A stretch of 63,048 bases of DNA, counting the filler. It is 10 parts of 10 records of this genome, joined end to end, with 100 filler letters (N's around TTAATTAATTAA, not from the genome) between each part and the next. Parts side by side here need not be neighbours in the genome. Positions count along the whole stretch, not along the records: positions 1 to 9,100 come from SRR7504441_9384; positions 9,201 to 21,209 come from SRR7504441_9387; 8 more parts are not named here. One strand, 5' to 3'. Shown piece by piece: positions 1-10,095 of this stretch. A model generated the notes under the pieces. That model worked only from the letters and a program-made list of their open reading frames with translations. It was not told where the DNA came from and did not search any database. Position 1 is the first letter of the stretch, and each line of letters opens with the position of its first letter. The translations under genes were made by a program, and so were the position numbers.

Positions 1-108
1 CGCTTTCCCGAAGTGGCCACAGCCACCCCGCAATCAGCAGCCGCAGCGATTTACAGCAAGCTGTGTCTCAATCAACCTCCCGACGCGCCGGAGCCCAAAG
101 TGCTGTGC

Positions 109-2988
109 ATGGCGATCGTACCGTTCAACGCGGCTGGGCGCGCGGGCAGCCGCCGTAGGGCCGAGGCGGCGGTATCCGCGCTCGGGCTGCAGCTGGCCGA
201 GGCGGCTGCTGCTGGGGATCTGGCGGCGGCGTCCGGGCTGCTCAAGGCGGGAAGCCCGCTGGATGTGCGCTGCGGCCCGGCCAATGGCACCGCGTTGCAT
301 CAAGCGGTGCGCAGCTATGACAGGTATGCACCGGCTAGGGCCGGCTGGAATGGGCGAGGGCAGCGCTGAGCCGGCAAGCGAGCAGCGCAGCGGGCGGCTG
401 GCCAGGGTGCTGCTCAAGGCCGGCGTAAAAGGACTGGACAATGCGGGCAAGAGCGCGCTGCACGTGGCAGCTGAGCTGGACAACCTGAAGGCTGCCGAGA
501 CGGTGTCTGGAGGCTGGGCGGGTCGGGTGAGCGCTGCTGGCAGCTGCTGGAGTGGCATGGGACGGGCGCGCTAGAGTGGAGAGACAAGTACCGGCAGCCT
601 GCAGGCCAACTGGCCAGCGGGCGGGCAGGCTCGGGTGCACGCCGCTGCTTTGGTGCTCGGAGCGCGGCTCTTTTCGTGTGGCTGGACTGCTGCTCAGCTC
701 GAAGGCCGCTGTGGACGCACAGATGCGGGGTGGCTGCGGCTCGAGCGCCGGGCCGACCGGACGGGGCAGATGGCACCAGTACATTGCACTGGGCGGCCCA
801 GGCCGGTCAGGCCGAGCTCGTGCAAACCCTGCTGGCGGCGCAGGCAGTCCTCGCAGGCACTCGCAGGCTCACGCTCGCCGGGCAGGCCAACCCCAACCTG
901 CGCACCGCCAAGCTCGGGCCCCCGCTGGCTTGGGCGCTCCAGGCAGATCAGTGGCCGATTGCCGAGTGCTTGCTCCAGGCCGGCAGCTCCAAGGCCGACC
1001 CAAAGGTGTCTGCTCAGATCGATCAGCTGACTGAGCCGGTTCACGACCACAGGTGCTCCCGAGGCTGCGCAGCTCGCCGCTGGCAGAGCGCTGGCTTGGG
1101 TCGGCTGTGGAGGCCGAGGCGGGCTCCCGGGCACCGCCCAAGCAGCAGCAGGAGAAGAAGGAGGGCAAAAAGCAGCGAAAGCGCGCAGCAATACATTGCG
1201 CTGAGAGCAGCGTCCGGCGAGGGCCAAAGCGCGCCAGTCGGAGCACGGGCCAGGCAATGGATGGCGTGGACAAGCTGGCCATGCTAATCATCCAAGGCCA
1301 AAGGGATGCGCTGGCCGCGGCGCTGGCTGCCGATCCGCCGATGCTGGACAAGCAGCTCGATCGGGTATGCGGGCGTTTGGCAGGGCTGACAGATGGGCAG
1401 GCTGGGTTGGGCGATCAACTAGGCGATCTGACCGGGCGCGGTTTTGCTGGGCTGCGGCTGGTGCACCTGGCGGCACACTTGAATGATTGCTGGTGCCAGG
1501 CTGGGCGGGCTGGGTCGAGCGGGCGGACAGGAGTCTCAGGCTGCTCGTGAAGGCGGGCGCCAACCCAGCTGCCGTCACCTCGTCCAAGATGAGTCCGATG
1601 CACCTGGCAGCCATCAGCGGGTCGCTCGAGGCGATCCAGTTATTGGGGGTGGAGTCGCCACAGAGCTGTGACATTCCGGACAATCAAGGCTGGAGCCCAC
1701 TGATGTGGACTAAAGACGAGCAATGTGTGACGGCTCTGGTCAAGCTGGGCGCAGATGTCAATCGGGTGGACAAGAAACAGAAGACAATGGTCGACTGGGC
1801 TATGGAGGCCGGATTGTGCTCACTTGCCTTGCACCTGGTTCACTCCGGAGCCGAGTGGCCAGATTATAGCGACTGCTCCGATCTGTCGCACGGACTCTCC
1901 GAGGCGAGCAGAGGCGCTAAGATACCGGTGCAAGGCAAGCATCCGCTCCCTCGGGCAGCCCACCGGTTTATTTACGCAACCAGCTCCTTCCCCGCCAGAG
2001 CCACCGCCGGGCGGACCAGGGAGGACCAGAGGCTAGACTTTGGGTGTTGGGACCTCGGGCGGAACTCACAGGAGGGCGAGGTGCAGGCGGAGCAGCAGGG
2101 CGGCATCAGGACCGCCAAAGGGCTTGGAATGGATGTGTGCTGGGGCTGTAGCTGCACAGGCGTATGCAGCGAAACCAATGCCGCGTGCAAGTGCGGCACT
2201 GGTCTGCAGGCAGACGGCCGGCTCAAGCCGGGCTGCAAGCTGGTTCGCGAGTGCTCAATCCGCTGCCACTGTACGGCCGAGTGCCCGTACCGCAGCCTGC
2301 AGGAGCGCCGAGGGGTGAGACTCGGGCTCGAGCACACTGGCCGGCGCGGATTTGGGGTGGTGTGCCTGCAGTCGGTGGTCAGCGGGCAGTTTGTAGGTAG
2401 GCAGCTTGATTAGTTATTTGCGTTGGCTCTGGCTCCCTGGTGCAGCTGAACGGGCGAGGGCTGCAGGCGAGTATTGCGGCGAGCTGGTGGATGGATTAGA
2501 GGAGGCCCAATACAGGGAGGCTCGGTACAACCAGGAGACAGAGAGCGGCACTCAGTCGTGCATAGGTGCCGGCCCGAGCTACGGGTGTGCTAACTGGCCA
2601 TTGGGCAATGGCAGTGCACGTCGAGACAGCAGGCCAGTTCCAGTTTGCAGTGGATGCCACCGAGGCGGGGTGTGTTCTACGCTTCCTGAACCACTCGTGT
2701 GACCCCAATCTAGAATTAGTCAAGGTGGCCATCTGTGTTGGGTGCGGACACTGAGCACTACTGTATTTGCCAGGTGCTCACGGGGCGTGACGCTTACCCG
2801 AGGCTTGGGCTCTTTGCCAAGAAGCAGATTGCTGAGGGAACCGAGCTTACGTTCCGCTACTCCAAGCTTCAAAAGGGCGAGAAAGGCAGCGGGGTGAGTC
2901 GAGGCTGTGTCACCATTTGCAATTGCCTTAAGCCAAGGGCCAGGTGCCTTGCCTTTGTGGCGCTAGCAATTGTCAGCAAGTGATCTGA
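109..2988 (+). CDS. Ankyrin-repeat + pre-SET/SET/post-SET histone lysine methyltransferase (G9a/EHMT-like architecture), multi-exon
   Basis: Ankyrin motifs (GTALHQAV, GKSALHVAA, GCTPLLW, MSPMHLAA, GWSPLMW), Cys-rich pre-SET (GCSCTGVC...ECSIRCHCTAEC), SET motifs GFGV, GEYCGE, RFLNHSCDPN, ELTFRY, and post-SET CLCGASNC ending at TGA 2986-2988 after removing short introns (e.g. 503-543, 844-885). Start uncertain. Confidence 0.85.
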
Positions 2989-3155
2989 TGAGCGCTAGCG
3001 AGCCTGACGACACGACGCACTACTATTTCGTACAGGTAACTGGTTATGCTCCATGTGGGTTAAGTACGAATTTGGTCACCCTATGTACAATTGATTATTT
3101 TTTTAATCAATCGAGACATTGTCATGTCATGCATCCACGCCGCCTATCTGCTACG

Positions 3156-3175
3156 AGTACGAGTTAAGTACGAGT
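3156..3175. repeat. 9-TA-9 scar AGTACGAGT-TA-AGTACGAGT (1-mismatch copy nearby at 3228-3247)
   Basis: Read directly from the sequence. Confidence 0.9.
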
Positions 3176-3344
3176 GCCGCAACGAGCGCCGCCACTAGTA
3201 CGAGTATACGTACTGTACGTACTCATACTCGTACCTTACTCGTATCTCACAATGCCATGAATGCACTCGTATCAAGATACACAATCTCATGCACTTAATG
3301 ATGCTATGATAACATGAACCACGCAGGACGTCGTTGTGACCAGA

Positions 3345-3948
3345 CTAGTACGTGTCGAAATCAACCTGTTGCTGATTGCTGTTTGCTGAGCTCTGCTCAT
3401 GCTCCTGTTTCAACCTGCAGCAACAAAGAATTAATCTCTCCAGGCAAGTGCTGCTGGCTGTACTTGATGATTTCTTCCATCCCGATCTTGTCCTGCGCCA
3501 CTGCAGCCTCGCGTTCCTCATCCTGGCAGCCCCGCTAAGGCCGTCGGCTCGACAGTTATCCCCACCAGTCGGCCGAGCAGCATCACGTTCTCGCCTCGGA
3601 TTATGAACAGGCCCAGCGGCACTTCACCAAACGTCTTCCCGACGTATATCCTTTCAGAGCAATGCTCCAGGACAATGTTTGCTGAGAAAGCGAACAGGCT
3701 CTCAGATTGAGCGGCGGCAGGCAGCGGCACCGAATTGATCGAAAGACCTCAGCACACCGACGTACATGCGATTATCGCGCAGCACTACCAATAGTCGTCC
3801 TGGCCACAGAGTCCTAATCAGCCCGCCGGGCTCCTGTGGCGGCGGCCGTACTGTCGATTTCGTCGACCAGCGCCGTAGTCTCCGGCCCACCCGACGAGCC
3901 ATTCGGGAAGACGCACACCGCCTCTTCTTTCTTGGCCTTGCCCGCCAT
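3345..3948 (-). CDS. LSM1: Sm-like protein LSM1, 5 exons
   Basis: Spliced reading ALVDEIDRRLLVVLRDNRMYVGVLRSFDQFANIVLEHCSERIYVGKTFGEVPLGLFIIRGENVMLLGRLD matches the LSM1 Sm1/Sm2 motifs. Four GT-AG mini-introns restore the frame. Confidence 0.9.
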
Positions 3949-4262
3949 TCCGCAGGCAGCCAATCCTAGCCAGACAATCCCGCAGTCGAAGGCTCACTCG
4001 CAGCTCACCTGGTCAGACAGGCACAGCAGTGAGCGCCAGGCCGCACTGCGACATCAGGATCGACAGCGCCTAAAAGAGCCGGAACAGCGGTCCAGATTAG
4101 CGCCAGACCAGCCGGGGAGGCTGCCTAGCTAAGGAGATCGACGGGTATTTGCCGCACCTTCTGCCCAGAGAACCCTCTCTTGCTCGCACAGGCAGTCCGG
4201 ACTGGCCGCCGGGCAGCTGGTGAAAAATCAGCTGCAGAGACGGGCTCGCGATCGTCGTGAAC

Positions 4263-5633
4263 ATGAGTGGTTACCGAGGAGGCGAACGCGGGAACGGTAC
4301 TGCGCTGCTGTACGAGGGATGGTTGCTGATCTGACGGGCAGGATGCCGGATATACGTCGGGAACCTGCCGTCGGACGTTCGCGAGCGCGAGCTTGACGAC
4401 CTTTTCTACAAGGCACGCTGCCCTCCTGTCGCCTACAAAGGCGGTCGATTCTTGTCCGCGTGCTCCCCTGTTGGAACCGAGGCCCAGAGGATTCGATGCT
4501 GTTTCCCATGTGGCCGTGCTCTCTGCCCGGGCGGACCCAGGGACTTCACTCGGTCGTGGATTCTGGGATGCGTATCGTGACTGGGGTCGGGTCGCCCAAC
4601 TCGGACTCTGGACCGAGTGGACTGGATTGAATGACTGCACACACCCTTCCCACCCTCGAACTGCGGGACCGGAGCCAGTCGGGACCTGTCTGGACTGGAT
4701 CCGCTGGCAACTCGCTCCCCTTTAACCTGCGCCGCCGCGCCCCGGGCTGACCTTGGCGGGTGCAGTATGGCCGCATTCGCGACGTCAGTGTCAAAGGAGG
4801 CGCCTCGGGACCCTGCTTTGCGTTCATCGGTGCTCATCAGCCGGCGTTGGCTCTCAGTGGTCTGCTGCAGAATTCGACGATCCCCGTGATGCTGAGGATG
4901 CAATCAAGGGTCGTGACGGCTACGATTTTGTGCGGCGCTTGCCAGACCGATGATCCCTGACAGCTTGCATCTGTAGGACCGGAACCGGCTGCGTGTGGAG
5001 ATGGCTGGTCGGCCCGGTGGCGGCAGCGACAGAGGAGGAGACCGTGGTCGTGGCGGCGGTCTGGGAGGTCGCTTCCAGCACCGTGTCGTGGTCACCGGGA
5101 TGCCTCGGTCCGTCGGCTCCCTGGGCTCGGGAATGATCAAAACGCTGTTGCAGGACGGCCAGCTGGCAGGATCTGAAGGACTTTCTGAGGGCTGCTGGTG
5201 ATGTGACCTTCACTGACGTGCGGAATGGTGCGCAGTCCAGTCCAAACACTTTGATCAGGCGGGTGCCTGTAGGAGAGGGTGTTGCTGAGTTCTCCAATGC
5301 GGCTGACATGGAGAAGGCCATCAAGGACCTGGACGACACCGAGTTGAAGAGCCACTTTGGAGACACAGCGTGACACGGCAGCCTAGTGCCAGCTGTTGAC
5401 TTGGACGGTGCAGTCACGTGCGTGTCAAGGCCGAAAATGGCGGTGGTGGCGACGACCGCCGTGATGATCGGGACGATCGTGACGACCGCCGCGATGACGA
5501 TAAAGACCGCAGCCCAGCTCGCCGAGACGAGAGCCCTGCTCGTGACCGCAGCCCAGCTCGCCGCGATGACGACGAAAATGATCGTGACGATAGGCGTGGC
5601 CGGAGCAGGAGCCGTAGCCGCGACGACGACTGA
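4263..5633 (+). CDS. SRSF1: SR splicing factor, SRSF1/SF2-ASF-like (RRM + pseudo-RRM + RD/RS tail), multi-exon
   Basis: Spliced product contains [57 protein letters not shown] and a C-terminal RD/RS repeat. One 353-nt GC-AG intron (4413-4765) plus mini-introns. Confidence 0.9.
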
Positions 5634-6025
5634 GTTACTTCATTTTGAAAACTGATGATGGTGGCTTTGTTTGTACGTACCGCCGGCCCTTCCAAGATCG
5701 GTTGCGAGCTCTTCTTAGGTACCGTTACACCTGCTCGTCCTGCTTCCTAGATATAGTAAGTTCCTCTAATAAACAGATTCTGGATATGTTTTTAAATTTT
5801 GTAAGCATGTGCATCAGCGAGATCCCATCATGCATCGTTTTTATATTGGGCCGATTGTAGCACGTGTCCTGGCACGTGTGTAGCATCATTGTTAATTAAT
5901 ATCTGGTGCTCAGGCCACCATGCTCCGGACGAGAGCTACGTATTAATACGAGGGGTCGAGAATGATAGGAGACCAAGGTTGAGACTATACTACGAGACCA
6001 AGGTTCAAAAATTATTATCTCGGTT

Positions 6026-7162
6026 TTAATGCTTGTTATTTGGCCTCCGCCTACTAGCACCGCCGGATGAGCTCGATCCCCAATTGCAAGAGTTTCGACT
6101 CCGTCGGCTCGTCGGCACACGCTTCTGAGTGTGCTTGTGAAAGTCTCCTATGCAGGTGTAATTCTGTAAGATCTTGTCCAGTTTGGGCGATACTACTTGC
6201 TTGTGTTCGTTTTGGTTGTAATATAGGAAAGCCCAAAACTTTTCGAGAGCGTACAGTTGGCCTCGCTCATAGTCCTCGATAGTGACTGCCTGGAAGTCCG
6301 CAAACAGTGGTTCTTGGAAGCACATCTCGAGCCCATAACTGTAAAAGCGGCACAGCACCTCAAGACCATACCGGTGTGCCTGGTCCGTGCCAGCCTTGGC
6401 ATCTGCGACCGCCATCTCCTTGAACCGACAATACGTATCCAGGTCAAAGTTCTTCCGGAGCCGGTAGCCCCAGAAGCAGTAGAGCGACTTGACGTGCCGC
6501 GTTCGGGCTGGACCCAACGCCTCCCACTCTCTGCAGGCGCTCTCTAAGAATTTGGTGTATTGCCTGCTGCTCCACAGGTCCTGTTCCGGCCAGTCGCACG
6601 CACTCATCTGACGAAATGACTGTCGCTTCTTCGGCGCCGCGTCGGCTGATTGCTCCAGCACGGCAGCGAAGTCATCCATCTCCACCGATGTCATCTCCTC
6701 CAGGCAGTCCTCGTCCGACGATGACGGCCGATCCAGCGAGTCACGTTCTGTCGACGAACCAGATGACTCCGAGCTTGTGGTCAGCCCGTCCGCCTCGAGG
6801 TGCGGTGCAAACAGCGCAGCGGCCGGAGCAGAGCTGTCCGCGTCAACAGATGTGCTGCTGGTGTACGCCGAGTCGACCGACGGACAGCCCCGCGGTTCCA
6901 GCGAGTTGGCCGACCGCTGTTCGGGCGACGGGCGGTAGGGATCAGTCCGTGGCGACAGTTTGGCCGGCGCGCCGCCACTCCCGGTCGGCTGCGTCTCTAT
7001 CGCCCGCGAAGTCTCTGCTAGCGCACCGTGCAGCTGGGTCTGAATTTCCTTCGGGGTCAGCTTTGCCCGGGGGAGCTGGCACCAGCAGACGATGCTGGCC
7101 AGAAGCAGCACAGCGCATACTGCGCACCACACCGCAGCTGTGGCGTGCGCTGTCGTCTCCAT
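6026..7162 (-). CDS. DM15-domain (LARP1 C-terminal cap-binding type) protein with N-terminal hydrophobic anchor
   Basis: Intronless 378 aa. C-terminus RYGLEVLCRFYSYGLE...FQAVTIEDYERGQLYALEKFWAFLYY matches the LARP1 DM15 repeats. N-terminus AVWCAVCAVLLLASIVCWC is hydrophobic. Confidence 0.85.
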   Translation of the reverse strand: METTAHATAAVWCAVCAVLLLASIVCWCQLPRAKLTPKEIQTQLHGALAETSRAIETQPTGSGGAPAKLSPRTDPYRPSPEQRSANSLEPRGCPSVDSAYTSSTSVDADSSAPAAALFAPHLEADGLTTSSESSGSSTERDSLDRPSSSDEDCLEEMTSVEMDDFAAVLEQSADAAPKKRQSFRQMSACDWPEQDLWSSRQYTKFLESACREWEALGPARTRHVKSLYCFWGYRLRKNFDLDTYCRFKEMAVADAKAGTDQAHRYGLEVLCRFYSYGLEMCFQEPLFADFQAVTIEDYERGQLYALEKFWAFLYYNQNEHKQVVSPKLDKILQNYTCIGDFHKHTQKRVPTSRRSRNSCNWGSSSSGGASRRRPNNKH

Positions 7163-7290
7163 AAGAGGACCAGGGCCGTGCAGTTGTGCCGCGCCTCTCG
7201 AGATGAAGCCCTCAGTTTTACTGTCGGGTATCCAATGAGACGGCGGAGCCCTAGATCTAGCTGCCTAGCTAACTTACGGCTAATACAGCT

Positions 7291-7310
7291 AACGAGGCCT
7301 AAACGAGGCC
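7291..7310. repeat. 9-TA-9 scar AACGAGGCC-TA-AACGAGGCC
   Basis: Read directly from the sequence. Confidence 0.9.
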
Positions 7311-7420
7311 CGCGACCCTACGGACCCTATACTACGAGTTCGTAGTACCGTAGTATGTACATGTATTGCGCTTCACTAGTGCGCTTCAATGTTCAATGCC
7401 AGGTATAAAAGTTCCAAGCC

Positions 7421-8968
7421 TCATTTCACCTTGACACGTTTGGGCGACACGTTGGCGAAATGCGTGGTGCTTCTTTGGTTACAGTCGATGACGTCACCGA
7501 GGTCTCTGTCTGCTGCAGAGGCCCTCTTTGTTTTGTTCAGTTTGGGCTCGCTCGCGTCGTCCATGATCATCTCGATCACATTCGGCTCGACCATTTTCGC
7601 ACCGATCTCACTCTTGGCAAGCTTGGAGTGAAGAAGGTGCGAGATCCGGATCAATGTAGCCGGATCCACAATCGACATGTCCCACATCTGCATCAAGTGA
7701 TGCGAGAACTGCAGCTGGAACTTCTCGTCCCTACAGAGTTACCGTACTCAGTGGTTCACAAGGGTGATGGTCATGGCCACCTGAGCTGTTCCCAGTGCTT
7801 CAGGACGAATTTGTCGAGTAGTTTCTCTGTGCTGCCCAAAGAGATGCAGTGGCTTCACAGGAAAGGCCTCAGTCGGTGCCCCTGCGGCTGCGCACCTCTG
7901 GCTGCTCATAAAGCCATTCCACAGCGTCATGAAGTCCTTGTCCTTCCGGTTGACATCTTTGAACTCCTCTGCCCAGCGTGTCCAGCCCAGCCCAGCCCAG
8001 CCTGCCACCGCGCAGCTTCTGGTCTGTGCTGAGTATCCAATCCTCGTCGATCTCGTCCTCGCTGTCGGCCCATTGATTCCATTCCTGCTTTGAGATGGGC
8101 ATCAGCGTCTGCACGCCCTCAGCGGCCCGATCCGCGGCGGAGAGCTTACCCCAGAGTGGTGTGCTATCCTGCTCAACATTTCGATCGGCGGCTCATCCAC
8201 TGCGTGGCTGCTCCGTAACGGCTCGCCCGGCGCTGGCGTGGTCTCACCGCTGGGTAGCTTCGGCCGGTCGATAATCCGGGCACGCGCCCTGGTTGAGCCC
8301 GTGCTCATGCTGATCCTTTGGCTCGCCGCTGTGCCCCTCCATGCACTGCAGCCGCACCCCTCAGCACGCCGCGCCAGGTCCGGCGGTAGGCACCGAATCG
8401 TCCCGGCCCATCAGCCGGGTCGTGTCCACGCTGGCCGGGGCGAGCGGCTCCCAGCCGAACACCACCCGCTGCTTGCCCCCAATCAACTGCCACCCAGATT
8501 CGGCCCGCCAGCCCCTGGCGGCACCTCGCACGTGAAGCTAAAGCGCGGATGCGCCTGCCGTAGGTGCTGCATCAGCGCGCCGAGTGCCTTGTGGCTGTGG
8601 CCGGGGCGACACCACAGGCATTGGTAGCCGTTTCGCTCCTCTACCACCCACCCGCTCAGCCCAGCCGTTGGGCCAGGCGCACCGTTCCACAATACTGACC
8701 CAATCCGGGACCGGAAGGAGAACTGGACCGTGCCGGCCGCCGACGACTGGCCCGTCTCTTTGGATCGTGAGGGCGGTTCGCCGGCAGGCCGGGCCCGGGT
8801 ACGCTGCCGCGGGAGCCTGTGTCCCCGGCGAAGGAAGAGGGGCTGAACGCGCACAGGCGAGCTCAGCACTACGCATTGAGGGAGGCTCACGTTGTACAGA
8901 CTCCGAGCAACCAAATCATCGAGCGGTGCCATGTTCGTGGCCGTGCTCGGCTCGACGCGTAGTGACAT
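7421..8968 (-). CDS. SUZ12: Polycomb PRC2 subunit SUZ12/EMF2-like (zinc finger + VEFS box), multi-exon
   Basis: SLYN|PLFLRR after an in-frame 48-nt intron, C2H2 finger CLWC...LMQHLRQAHPRFSF, and VEFS box DSEDEIDEDW...EEFKDVNRKDKDFMTLWNGFM...HLMQMWD. Confidence 0.8.
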
Positions 8969-9100
8969 TCAAGCCGGCGTCGCGAGCGGTTTCTCCTGAT
9001 CATGATCATCATGCGCATGCTGCAAACTGATCGCGAGGATTGAGGTGCTCTGACAGCTTTGTGCAAAGAAGGCACACAACACACACCATGTATTGCCACC

Positions 9101-9200
9101 NNNNNNNNNNNNNNNNNNNNNNNNNNNNNNNNNNNNNNNNNNNNTTAATTAATTAANNNNNNNNNNNNNNNNNNNNNNNNNNNNNNNNNNNNNNNNNNNN
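9101..9200. other. Artificial contig linker (N44-TTAATTAATTAA-N44); also at 21210-21309, 26853-26952, 34818-34917, 40882-40981, 44084-44183, 47917-48016, 54412-54511, 59238-59337
   Basis: Identical 100-nt N blocks with a central six-frame stop cassette. Genes are truncated at them. Confidence 0.97.
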
Positions 9201-10062
9201 CGTCCTTTGTTACAAGCTCAGACCGCACGCTGTCAAGTTCAGCCACCAGTCGGTCTCTCACGCCCCCCAACACCTTGTGCTCTGCCCCCAGGCAGCTAAG
9301 CTGATGCATGAGCTCGTCACGCTCAGACAAATGACTCGTGTGCGCCAATATCTCGTCCGCTGTCTGTGTCACTTGCTTTGTCACCTCGACCGTCGTACGA
9401 TCCATCAGCTCATGCAGCTGACTGTTGAAGCAGAGCGTCTTCTCCAACTCGATCATCGCCCCCATATTCCTAGTCTCTAGCGCGGCTATAGTCTGAGCGC
9501 TGTGCTCCAGCTGACCGAGTCCAGCAGCCAGTTCATTGGACAGCTCCAGGTTGCTGCCATGCAACCGTTGGAGTCTCAGCTCGATCGATTCAGACCACTC
9601 CGAGAAGCCGGCCTCGCTCTGTCTGAGCCCTGCCACGCTCCTCTCGAGCACGTGCTTCTCTGCCAGCGCAGCATTCAGCTGCTCACCGAGGTCTGCGTCC
9701 TGGTCCAGCCGCCCCGAGAGCTCGTGCACGCTGTCCTCCAGCGTCAGCTTCTCCGAGAGCAGCTCCACGAGGTCGCTCGACCGCAGCAGCACAGTCTCCC
9801 CCTCCGCCGCGCTCCGCTGCGTGTAGTGTGTGAAGGCGTCCTCCATCCGCCTGTGCCCCTCTGGCGGCCGCACCAGCCCGGTAGCCTCCAGCAGGTCCGA
9901 AGCCTCCTGGGTGGCCCGCAGCGCCTCGTCCACTGCCTCCCACGCCTCGTCCAGCTCCCGCTGGTTGGCCTCGCCCTCCACCATCACCCGGCACCGCTCT
10001 ACAGTCGTAGGGGGTCCACTGATCCCGCACCCCGCGGCGGCAACGGTATTATAACGGACCAT
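9201..10062 (-). CDS. Coiled-coil protein, 3' truncated by contig end
   Basis: E/L/Q-rich heptad ORF running into the linker. Start at 10062 or a downstream ATG. Confidence 0.65.
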
Positions 10063-10095
10063 CTGCCTCTCCGACCTGCAGCCGCCTCTCCGAGG

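Noticed and set aside
9101-9200. Recurrent TTAATTAATTAA within N runs as a biological repeat
   Set aside because: Identical artificial six-frame-stop linker between contigs. Adjacency across linkers carries no synteny information.
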